DNA of 49,298 nucleotides from Planctomycetota bacterium (GTDB taxonomy: Bacteria > Planctomycetota > Planctomycetia > Planctomycetales > Planctomycetaceae): the NCBI GenBank assembly GCA_024277145.1, contig JAJRVU010000275.1:1-49298 (forward strand), given 5' to 3'. Shown here in pieces: positions 1 to 8,705 of this stretch (position 1 is the stretch's first letter; every line of letters starts with the position of its first letter). A program made the translations under genes and the position numbers. The notes below the pieces were generated by a model. That model was not told the origin of the DNA. It made no database searches and was given only the letters and a program-made list of their open reading frames with translations.

Positions 1-491
1 AAAAGCCAAAGTGGTTCCATGTTCGGAAGGCCTGATCTCCCCCACTCACCAGAAAGGAATCGGATTTCATCTCCATCCTCTTCAATACAATCAGTGCTTG
101 CATGACCAAGCACATCATGAGGACTTAGCATCAGGTTTGCACAAAAATCAACACCCAATCGATTGTGGTCAATTTCATCCAGATTCAATCCAGAATGTTC
201 AACTGCCAGCATCGCTGAAGCAACACCCATTTGAATTTCCCGGCACATCACCTTGATGCTTTTTCGCTGGGTTTTCAGATATACTTTACGAGCAGATTTT
301 ACAGTGAAGTCTTTGACTTCCCCGCCAACATTCTGAGGCGATGCACTGTAAGACAGCGATTCAATAGGTCCAATTCCACTTTGACCAGTGGAGAGTGATT
401 TCCAGAAATTGTCTGCACCGATACCAACCGGACTAACAACACCAATCCCTGTAATGACGACCCGTCGTTCCTTACCGTTATTTTCACTCAT
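1..491 (-). CDS. 3-oxoacyl-ACP synthase (KAS I/II family) paralog, N-terminal 163 codons only; the rest lies beyond the window edge
   Basis: My own translation of the minus strand from the ATG at 491: MSENNGKERRVVITGIGVVSPVGIGADNFWKSLSTGQSGIGPIES..., with no stop codon down to base 1. It has the classic KAS N-terminal motifs and parallels the FabF encoded at 839-2083. It is absent from the ORF track because it has no stop inside the window. Confidence 0.75.
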   Translation of the reverse strand, partial: MSENNGKERRVVITGIGVVSPVGIGADNFWKSLSTGQSGIGPIESLSYSASPQNVGGEVKDFTVKSARKVYLKTQRKSIKVMCREIQMGVASAMLAVEHSGLNLDEIDHNRLGVDFCANLMLSPHDVLGHASTDCIEEDGDEIRFLSGEWGRSGLPNMEPLWL

Positions 492-838
492 GTTTCAATT
501 TTTTTATTCTGAAAAAAAGCAAACATTCAGAGACAGGTTAACACCCCAATCTCATCCAGTCCCCATACTATCTCTGAATCCTAACCCATCTCGCAACAGT
601 GTTTCATATCAAGGCGATTTTCTCAACCCCCACCCAAGTGACAAAACCATGACAAATGAGTTTTAGTACTATCTTTGCTGGATGAATTATAGCCAGATGC
701 TTGAATATAAGTAGTTCGCAATACCCCATTCTACGAATGAAACATTATTCCAAGTCAAAACAGGGAATCAACCACAGAACAGAAGTACAGACGCTATTCA
801 AATCTAAGGTAAGCTGGCATCAGCAGTCTTTACAAGCT

Positions 839-2083
839 TTATGTCGCTCGCCCCAGCACCAGGCAGGCATTATGACCCCCAAATCCAAAACTGTTTGAAA
901 GAACATAATTCACCTTTGTTTCCCTGGGTTCATCTGGAACATAATCAAGGTCACAGTCCGGATCAGGATTTTCAAGGTTAATTGTTGGTGGAATGACCTG
1001 ATTCTGTAACGCCAGCATACCGACAATAAATTCCACTCCTCCGGAAGCCCCGAGAAGATGCCCAAGCTGACTTTTTGTACTGGAAACAGCCATTTTTTTC
1101 GCGTGTGATTCAAAGACTTTTTTCAATGCGAATGTTTCAGCTTTGTCACCCAAAGGGGTGCTCGTTCCATGAGCATTGACATAATCAATGTCATCAAGGT
1201 TAAGCTTCGCATCTTTTAAAGCCTGCGTCATGGCATAAGATGCTCCTGCTCCAGTTGGATCAGGAGCAGTGATATGTGAAGCATCTGCAGAGACACCATA
1301 CCCTAGAACTTCTGCAAAGATAGGAGCTCCTCTTTTGATCGCATGCTCTCGTTCTTCCAGAACAACAAGCCCTGCACCTTCTGCAAGAACAAACCCGTCA
1401 CGTTCCATATCAAATGGACGGCTCGCTCTTTCAGGCTCATCATTTCGGGTTGAGAGTGCTTTCATTCGAGCAAAGCCGGAAACACCCATCGGCGTGATTG
1501 GTGCTTCCGTTCCACCCGTGACCATAATTTCTGCCACATCATGCTGAATCAGTTTAAACGCATCACCAATAGCGTTCGTAGCTGAAGCACATGCAGTCGC
1601 AATAGCAATATTAGGTCCTTTGAGTCCCCAGTTGACCGAAATATTCCCACCGGCTGCATTAACCATAATTTTGGGAATCATAAACGGGGATACGCGTGAG
1701 GAACCTCGGCCAAACAGATTGCTATGCTGGGCTTCAATTTCCTGAAGTCCACCTATGCCACTGCCAACCAGAACCCCACATCGAAAGGGGTCTTCTTTGG
1801 TAAAATCTGCTTGGGACTGATGAATCGATTTATGTGCAGCCGCCATAGCGAACTGGCTAAAGCGATCCAGCCTTCGAGCATCTTTTATGGTTAGATCTGT
1901 ATGGTCGGACAGGCTGAAATCTTTAATTTCACCTGCAAATTTGACTTTAAGATCAGAGGAATCAAAACGTTCAAAAGTGGTAATGCCACTTTTCCCTGAA
2001 CAGAGTCGATCCCAAAAATCTGAAAGTTCAAAACCGAGTGCAGTAATAACAGATCCACCTGTTACAACAACGCGCCTGGCCAT
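839..2083 (-). CDS. fabF: 3-oxoacyl-[acyl-carrier-protein] synthase II
   Basis: 414 aa. It has the KAS II catalytic triad context (ATACAS, NAHGTSTPLGD, GHLLGASG) and sits directly downstream of acpP. Confidence 0.9.
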   Translation of the reverse strand: MARRVVVTGGSVITALGFELSDFWDRLCSGKSGITTFERFDSSDLKVKFAGEIKDFSLSDHTDLTIKDARRLDRFSQFAMAAAHKSIHQSQADFTKEDPFRCGVLVGSGIGGLQEIEAQHSNLFGRGSSRVSPFMIPKIMVNAAGGNISVNWGLKGPNIAIATACASATNAIGDAFKLIQHDVAEIMVTGGTEAPITPMGVSGFARMKALSTRNDEPERASRPFDMERDGFVLAEGAGLVVLEEREHAIKRGAPIFAEVLGYGVSADASHITAPDPTGAGASYAMTQALKDAKLNLDDIDYVNAHGTSTPLGDKAETFALKKVFESHAKKMAVSSTKSQLGHLLGASGGVEFIVGMLALQNQVIPPTINLENPDPDCDLDYVPDEPRETKVNYVLSNSFGFGGHNACLVLGRAT

Positions 2084-2086
2084 GCG

Positions 2087-2317
2087 CTAATTTTTCTCCT
2101 CAATGTAACTAATTGCATCGCCAACGGTTTTGATTTTGTCGTAATCGTCATCTGGAATTGTGACGTCAAAAGCGTCTTCAAATTCCATAACCATTTCGAC
2201 AATATCTAACGAATCAGCTTTCAAGTCTTCAACGAAAAAACTTTTTTTATTCACTTCTTCAGATGGAACCTGAAGCTGATCACTAACGATTTGCATTACT
2301 TTTTCTTCGACTGACAT
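2087..2317 (-). CDS. acpP: acyl carrier protein
   Basis: 76 aa, acidic, with the DSLD phosphopantetheine-attachment motif (LKADSLDIVE). ATG start at 2317. Confidence 0.92.
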   Translation of the reverse strand: MSVEEKVMQIVSDQLQVPSEEVNKKSFFVEDLKADSLDIVEMVMEFEDAFDVTIPDDDYDKIKTVGDAISYIEEKN

Positions 2318-2966
2318 ATTAAATTCTCCGGTTTAAAATTGTTGACAAAAAAAATGTTGGAACCAGCTACCAACAAATGCCCCCAACCGAAACTCTGCGT
2401 CAGTTTTTCATCACAATAATTGAAAGCGAAGATATACCGCCTTTAATAAATTGTGTAAACTCCAATCACCACTTGAGTTGAAAAAAATGAAGACTCTTTT
2501 TGCCAAACTTCTTTCTGATTCAAACAGAGCATTGAAAAGTGCCGTCAAAATGATCGATATCTCTTTACCAGATAACAACTTATAAATTTTATCAAAACGA
2601 CACATAACCCATATCCATTTTAAATCCGACAAACTTTTTTTCTATCTGAATCTTATAGCAGATAGATATTCTGAGATTTCCAGAGACAGCTTCATCCCGC
2701 AGAACCTGATCATAAAGCCACATATCCAGCAGAACGATCCAAACAAAAACAAAAGCCCTCGAAATCACGCAGACAGCGCAAACCAACTCAGAAAAGCTTC
2801 ATTGGGGATAGAAAAACGAGTACAGAATTCACGATATAAATCGACCGATAGAGATAGAAAAACAGAGAGATGATGGATGATATCGGAGTCATTCAACCGC
2901 ATATATGGATGGGTATATGATGATTGTTGATATCGATGATTAGCTGGCAAGAAATGGAGAGATCAA

Positions 2967-3875
2967 TCAGGAATCGTTTACGACCGTGCAAGGAGTTTTT
3001 CTTTTAATTCGTTTGAGTAGCCCGCTTAAAACACGTCCGGGACCGATTTCATAAAATTCTTCGATTCCTTCATCCAGTAAATACCGAATGGATGGCTCCC
3101 ACTGAACCGGGCTTAAAACCTGCCTGACTAATAGTTCACGAATCTCTTCGGGATCTTCGTGTGGTTTCGCATCCACGTTGGAAACAACAGGAATCCTGGG
3201 AGAATTAAGTTGAACTCCAGCTAATGCTTCTGCGAGTTTTTCATCAGCAGGTTTCATAATTTCCGTATGAAAAGCACCCGCAACAGCCAGTGGCATTGGC
3301 TTACCACCTGCTTCATCAACAAGTGTAACAAATTTTTCGCAGGCTGCTTTTGAACCAGAGACGACAATATTCCCCGGGCAAAGAAAATTCGCCAATTTGA
3401 TAAGCCCTTCGGAACTTGCTTCTACGCAAAGTTCTTCCACTTTTTCCTGATCAATCAATAAAGCACTCACCATCCCGGAAGGTGTTGCGTCAGATGCTTC
3501 CTGCATTGCTTTTCCACGAAGCTGAACAATTCGTAATGCATCTTCAAAAGAAATCACACCAGCAAAAACCAATGCAGTATATTCGCCCAGGCTTAAGCCT
3601 GCAGCGATAGAGCATTGATCAACAACTTCTGGAGACTCTGCACGAAGTTTTTCTAAAGCAGCGAGACTCGAAACAAATATTGCAGGCTGAGCAATTTCAG
3701 TCAGATCGAGTTTTTCTTTCGGACCTTCAAAGCATAGCGAAGCCAAGTCATAACCTAATAAATCGTTTGCCTGCTCGAACAACTGTTTTGCAGCTGGAAA
3801 GTCTTTGACGAGTTGAGACCCCATCCCGACATGCTGGGCACCTTGTCCTGGAAATAAGAAAGCTATCTGACTCAC
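2967..3875 (-). CDS. fabD: malonyl-CoA:ACP transacylase
   Basis: 302 aa with an FLFPGQGAQHVGMG N-terminus and GLSLGEY active-site serine motif. GTG start at 3875. Confidence 0.88.
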   Translation of the reverse strand: MSQIAFLFPGQGAQHVGMGSQLVKDFPAAKQLFEQANDLLGYDLASLCFEGPKEKLDLTEIAQPAIFVSSLAALEKLRAESPEVVDQCSIAAGLSLGEYTALVFAGVISFEDALRIVQLRGKAMQEASDATPSGMVSALLIDQEKVEELCVEASSEGLIKLANFLCPGNIVVSGSKAACEKFVTLVDEAGGKPMPLAVAGAFHTEIMKPADEKLAEALAGVQLNSPRIPVVSNVDAKPHEDPEEIRELLVRQVLSPVQWEPSIRYLLDEGIEEFYEIGPGRVLSGLLKRIKRKTPCTVVNDS

Positions 3876-4062
3876 GACAATCCCCTTCGGATTACTTGAT
3901 CGTTTTATTTTATCGATGAAAATTCAAACGGGTCAACAGATTGACTCGGGATACTATTTTTGCGTCATAATTATATAGGTAGAGTTAATGAACCGTTTCA
4001 GAGCACGACACCGGAGTGCGTCGCAGTTATTAACCTTAATCCTAAGCCTTGACAAGGCATTA

Positions 4063-5061
4063 TCATTTTTTATTTTTGGCGAGAGACTCTGCAATTCTGG
4101 AATTAATTTTCCGATTTTTGAGCAATGTTGCCATCTTGAGAGCATTCGTAATGGAATGAGCATCGCTGGAACCATGACAGATAATACAAATACCATCAAT
4201 CCCCAGTAATGGTGCTCCACCTGCTTCTCGATATTGATATTGTCGAGTGAGATCTTTGAATGCGTTTTCTGCTTTTTCTCGCTCATCAGAGAGTTTTGGC
4301 AAGACAGCACCGGCAATTTTTCGCATCATAAAATCAGCCATCCCTTCACTGACTTTTAACACAACATTCCCGACAAAGCCTTCGCAAACAAGGACATCTG
4401 CTTCACCCTGATAAAGTCCGCGCCCTTCAACATTCCCGATGAAGCGATCTTTCAAGTCACTCTGCATTATGAAGGCATGGGCGTCACGATAAAGCTCGTT
4501 CCCTTTTCCATCTTCGCTTCCAATATTCATTAATCCGACTTTGGGATCGTCAATGCCGAGCATATCATGGGCATAAATTGCCCCCATGACTCCGTATTGA
4601 TAAAGGTGTTCTGCCCGTGCAGCCGGATTAGCTCCGACATCCATCAAAACAGACTGCCCCTTCATAGTGGGTAACAACACTGCAATTCCGGGACGTTTTA
4701 CCCCTTTAATAAAAAGGCGTGTTCTTAAGCCGGCAGCGACAACTGCTCCTGTATTTCCTGCACTGACAACAGCATCGACTTCGCGTGCAGCCATACTTCG
4801 CCAGCAATTTGCGATGGAGCAATTTGGCTTTTTACGTAGGGCATCGGTAGGCTTTTCTTCCATCCCGACAAAACCTTCAGCTGGTACAACTTCCAGACGA
4901 TCACCATTGTAGCCCGATTGATTGACTAGATCTTCAAGAAGAGGCTGATCCCCTACAAGCAAGACTTCCAGCTTATCATTATCTTTTAGAGCTGTTATGG
5001 CACCATCGACATTAGGGGCAGGTGCATCATCCCCCCCCATTGCGTCCAAAGCAATGCGCAT
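4063..5061 (-). CDS. plsX: phosphate acyltransferase PlsX
   Basis: 332 aa, MRIALDAMGGDDAP... typical of PlsX. ATG at 5061, directly downstream of rpmF as in most bacteria. Confidence 0.9.
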   Translation of the reverse strand: MRIALDAMGGDDAPAPNVDGAITALKDNDKLEVLLVGDQPLLEDLVNQSGYNGDRLEVVPAEGFVGMEEKPTDALRKKPNCSIANCWRSMAAREVDAVVSAGNTGAVVAAGLRTRLFIKGVKRPGIAVLLPTMKGQSVLMDVGANPAARAEHLYQYGVMGAIYAHDMLGIDDPKVGLMNIGSEDGKGNELYRDAHAFIMQSDLKDRFIGNVEGRGLYQGEADVLVCEGFVGNVVLKVSEGMADFMMRKIAGAVLPKLSDEREKAENAFKDLTRQYQYREAGGAPLLGIDGICIICHGSSDAHSITNALKMATLLKNRKINSRIAESLAKNKK

Positions 5062-5070
5062 AAATCCGTC

Positions 5071-5250
5071 CTACTCCTCAGTCTCTACAAGGGTTCGCCC
5101 CTGATAATAGCCACAATTAGGGCATACTACATGAGACGGTGCAGGTGTTCCGCACTGAACGCAATATGACAATTGAACTTTCTTAATCGCATTATGACTA
5201 CGTCTTTTTCGTCCCTGGGATTTGGACATTCTTCTTTTTGGTACAGCCAT
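5071..5250 (-). CDS. rpmF: 50S ribosomal protein L32
   Basis: Manual translation: MAVPKRRMSKSQGRKRRSHNAIKKVQLSYCVQCGTPAPSHVVCPNCGYYQGRTLVETEE (59 aa). This is the L32 signature with a Cys4 zinc ribbon. It falls below the 60-aa ORF-track cutoff, and the rpmF-plsX synteny is conserved. Coordinates +/-1. Confidence 0.85.
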   Translation of the reverse strand: MAVPKRRMSKSQGRKRRSHNAIKKVQLSYCVQCGTPAPSHVVCPNCGYYQGRTLVETEE

Positions 5251-5615
5251 CCCTATTTTCCTAAATCACTAATATATATGCAGTTACGGTTGAACATCTA
5301 CAACAGTTCCTCAACCTGAAATATCAAAAATATATCTGAAAACCGAGTACGATCAGAAAACAGACTCTTTAAAAAATGCTTCCGGGATCAATCAATGAAA
5401 TTCAGTATGATCTTTCGCCTGAAACATACTCAGCATGGTATGCAAATCATAAAAGAGATGTCAAGGATGAGACATCTTTCAGCCCGGAAAAGTCACGGTT
5501 CTCTTACATTTTCACAGAAACTTTCCCCAAGCTACTGCCAGGTTGAGCCAATTGAAGTGAAAAACAGCAATAAATACCATTTGGAAAGCAAATTCTGGGG
5601 AAGAGTTATTAAGAA

Positions 5616-5978
5616 TCATACCCGTTCAGGGACTTGAATCCGGTTCTTCTCATCCACAACGATTATTTTGGGGGTGTAATTTTTTAATTCTTCTTCTGAA
5701 TATTGAGCATAGTTGGCAATGATGACCAAATCACCCGGTTTCATTAAATGTGCTGCTGCCCCGTTTATACAAATCACTCCTGAATCTGCTTCTCCGAGAA
5801 TTGCATATGTTGTAATTCGTGTCCCGGAAGTAATATTGTAAATATCAACTTGTTCATGGTCCAGAATATCAGCCGCTTCGAGCAATGTTTGATCAACCGT
5901 CACACTACCTGCGTAGTGTAATTCTGCCTGAGTGACCGTTGCCCGGTGAATTTTAGATTTTAATAACGTTCTAATCAT
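5616..5978 (-). CDS. panD: aspartate 1-decarboxylase
   Basis: 120 aa, [29 protein letters not shown]..., including the GSV self-processing site region. Confidence 0.88.
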   Translation of the reverse strand: MIRTLLKSKIHRATVTQAELHYAGSVTVDQTLLEAADILDHEQVDIYNITSGTRITTYAILGEADSGVICINGAAAHLMKPGDLVIIANYAQYSEEELKNYTPKIIVVDEKNRIQVPERV

Positions 5979-6550
5979 GACACACTTAGTTTAAGGATGG
6001 AAATCTACTCAAAATTCAAAAACAGTGAAGGCAATCAATTTTGCTGATGGGGTTAACTCTTCATTTGATAATATAATCTGTGAACTAGTTCATTTCCTGT
6101 CTGGACTACTCTTTTATGTATCCTCAAGATTCAGATTTATACAAACTTTTCAGATGAGTTCTCGGAAGGTCTTCAGTATGCAAATCAAGGGGAATCAACA
6201 AGAGGAATGCCTGGCAAGTCCATTTTGCTTTACGAAACACTCGCCAAGAATTATTTTAGCCAGTATCCTGATGAAAGAAAACTCTTTTTTACAAAAACAT
6301 TCTCATAAATCCATGTCGCGTAATCCATTAAGCAATTTACACTCTCTTTAGCAAAGATAATAGGATTTAACAAAAATCGCCAAATTGCAACAAAAAGAAG
6401 ACATACAGGTATAATATTTCAATTCAATTTCTCATAAAATGACTTCAGATTCCATATTTTAATAAGTGCACTGCTGCATTTATGTCCATAATACCACCAG
6501 AAATAGTTACCTGATACAAACTTCTCATATAGTCACTCGGACCAATATAA

Positions 6551-8644
6551 ATGAAAAAAACTGTGGATCAACACAATCCATCTCATCAATCATCAGACTC
6601 TTTGGACAACCTGATAAACAAAAAAGTTGCATCCCTGTTCAAAAATATTTTTTTCATGGTTCTGATATGTGGCATTGCCACACTCGTTTTAAAATTTGCA
6701 ACGAATCGTGGCCATGTTGATCACCTGACAAAAGATTTCGCAATTTTTACTATCTGGTTTTTTCCTTTTCTAATCGTGGCTCGCTACATACTTAAATCCA
6801 AAATCAACCACCGAATCATCTACTTCATACTGGCAATTTTCAGCATTGTCACTGTAGATCTAGCGTTGGAATTAACAGAAGAAATCCCCTATTTTGACAA
6901 TTTTTTTCTATTGGGACGAAACAATTTTCTCAAAGATGAAATTCATTACATCCTGGTGATAAGTCTATTCTCTACTTTTTTCTATCTCGTCTATTTATGC
7001 GTTGTCACACTAAGCGAGATTTCTCAAAAACTGGTAGCGAACCAATTTGTCATCCGAGAAGAAATTCGGCAAAAGGAATTGGCCCAAAAGTCTTTCAGTG
7101 AAAGCGAAGCTCGCCTGAAAACTATCTTTGATACTGCAGAAGATTATATTTTCATCAAAGACAAGCAAAAAAAATACATATTGATGAACCCGGCCATGGC
7201 TCGGTCGATTAACAAAAAACCATCAGATCTCATAGGTATCACCTACAACGACATTAAGGAATCACCTTCTAACCAAAAAGAAATAGAATTTGACGACGAT
7301 GAAGTTCTTAAAGGTAAAAAAGTGGAAAGGGAATCGCATTACATAATTTTAGGGGAGGAAAAAGTAACACATACTTTAAAAGTTCCCATTTTTGAAGAAG
7401 ATGGAAGCATTTCCGGAATATGTGGAATTGCAAGAGATATTACACAAAAGAGAAAAAGGGAAAAACGGCAAAAAGACCTGGAAGAAAAGATGCTCCAGAC
7501 ACAAAAGCTGGAAAGTCTCGGAGTCATCTCCGGTGGAATTGCCCATGATTTCAATAACCTGCTGGTTGGAATATTGGGCAATGCAAGTCTGGTTCAAATG
7601 GACAACAACCTGTCTGTTGAAAACAATAATAGCCTTAATGATATTATTTCTTCTGCAGAAAAAGCTTCTGAATTTTGCGACCAACTTCTTACCTATTCGG
7701 GGAAAGGACAATTTAATTTAGAACCTATTAACTTGAATGATTCTATTCATGAAATTTTAAAATTAATGAAAAAAGTCATTTCAAAAAAAGTGAGTTTGGT
7801 GACAAATTTGGAGGCCGGGCTTCCGAATATTAAAAGCAATACTTCACAAGTTCAACAGATTATCATGAACCTGATTACCAATGCTTCTGACTCGTTCGGA
7901 GGAATTGAAGGGACAATCACCATTAGTACGGGTCGGGTGAATGCAACAAAGGAACACCTGGCAACCAGTTACTTGCATGATGACCTTCCCGCGGGTGATT
8001 ACCTTTACCTTGAAGTGAAAGACACGGGTTGCGGAATGGACAAGGAAACGATCACTCAACTATTTGACCCCTTTTTCAGTACTAAATTCGCGGGACGCGG
8101 TTTGGGAATGGCTTCCACACTAGGAATAGTTCGTTCACATAAAGGGGCCATTTTCGTTGAAAGTAATCCTGGTGAAGGAACACTCTTCAGAATTCTGCTT
8201 CCCGTTACCAATCAGCCTGTCAATAAAAAATCATCTCCGAAAAAGGTTCACAATTTTGGCAACGCTCCCGGTACCATCCTGGTCATTGATGATGAACAGG
8301 CTGTTCTGAATGTCACAAAAAAAGCTCTGGAACTGGAAGATTTCAAAGTTCTGGCTGCATCTGACGGGCAGGAAGGACTTGAGATCATTAAGAAACAGCA
8401 TGAGGAAATTTCTTTGATCCTGCTTGATTTAACAATGCCAAAGCTCAATGGCAAAGAACTGATTGATCACTTAAAATTAACGTATCCAGATATTCCCATA
8501 ATTTTAAGTAGTGGTTATGATGCTGAAGAAGTCTTGACTGAAGAAACAATGCAAGCGATCGCTGGATTCTTAAAGAAACCTTATACGGTTCAATTGCTGC
8601 TTGATAAGGTATCAAGCATATTGAGCATCAGTTCGCAAACTTGA
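6551..8644 (+). CDS. hybrid sensor histidine kinase/response regulator with a multi-pass membrane N-domain, PAS, HisKA, HATPase and REC domains
   Basis: 697 aa. About 5 hydrophobic helices are followed by a coiled coil and a PAS domain (IFDTAEDYIFIKD). The H-box is GGIAHDFNNLL, the G-boxes are GCGMDKE...GRGLGM, and the C-terminal receiver has ILVIDDE...LLDLTMP. Confidence 0.88.
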   Translation: MKKTVDQHNPSHQSSDSLDNLINKKVASLFKNIFFMVLICGIATLVLKFATNRGHVDHLTKDFAIFTIWFFPFLIVARYILKSKINHRIIYFILAIFSIVTVDLALELTEEIPYFDNFFLLGRNNFLKDEIHYILVISLFSTFFYLVYLCVVTLSEISQKLVANQFVIREEIRQKELAQKSFSESEARLKTIFDTAEDYIFIKDKQKKYILMNPAMARSINKKPSDLIGITYNDIKESPSNQKEIEFDDDEVLKGKKVERESHYIILGEEKVTHTLKVPIFEEDGSISGICGIARDITQKRKREKRQKDLEEKMLQTQKLESLGVISGGIAHDFNNLLVGILGNASLVQMDNNLSVENNNSLNDIISSAEKASEFCDQLLTYSGKGQFNLEPINLNDSIHEILKLMKKVISKKVSLVTNLEAGLPNIKSNTSQVQQIIMNLITNASDSFGGIEGTITISTGRVNATKEHLATSYLHDDLPAGDYLYLEVKDTGCGMDKETITQLFDPFFSTKFAGRGLGMASTLGIVRSHKGAIFVESNPGEGTLFRILLPVTNQPVNKKSSPKKVHNFGNAPGTILVIDDEQAVLNVTKKALELEDFKVLAASDGQEGLEIIKKQHEEISLILLDLTMPKLNGKELIDHLKLTYPDIPIILSSGYDAEEVLTEETMQAIAGFLKKPYTVQLLLDKVSSILSISSQT

Positions 8645-8705
8645 TAATTAGAAACAAAGAAATGACTTATTTTGTTAAACCTTAACAGCCAATTCTGGAT
8701 TTTCA

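Noticed and set aside
2318-2966. Three short minus-strand ORFs (2411-2632, 2592-2786, 2765-2950) in the acpP-fabD gap
   Set aside because: They are AT-rich and low-complexity with no FabG-like motifs (no GxxxGxG or NAG). I treated the region as non-coding leader.
3905-3946. Sigma70-like promoter for fabD (TTGACC ... ATAAAAT on the minus strand)
   Set aside because: The spacer is 19-20 nt instead of 17 +/- 1, and planctomycete promoter consensus is poorly defined. I did not report it as a feature.
3954-4316. 120-aa ORF overlapping the 3' end of plsX
   Set aside because: It overlaps a well-supported gene in another frame and has no homology signal.
7339-7721. Antisense and alternate-frame ORFs inside the first kinase gene; similar ones lie inside acnA at 13326-14631 and inside the giant cytochrome gene at 25173-28409
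   Set aside because: They are embedded in strongly supported long CDSs and are typical shadow ORFs.
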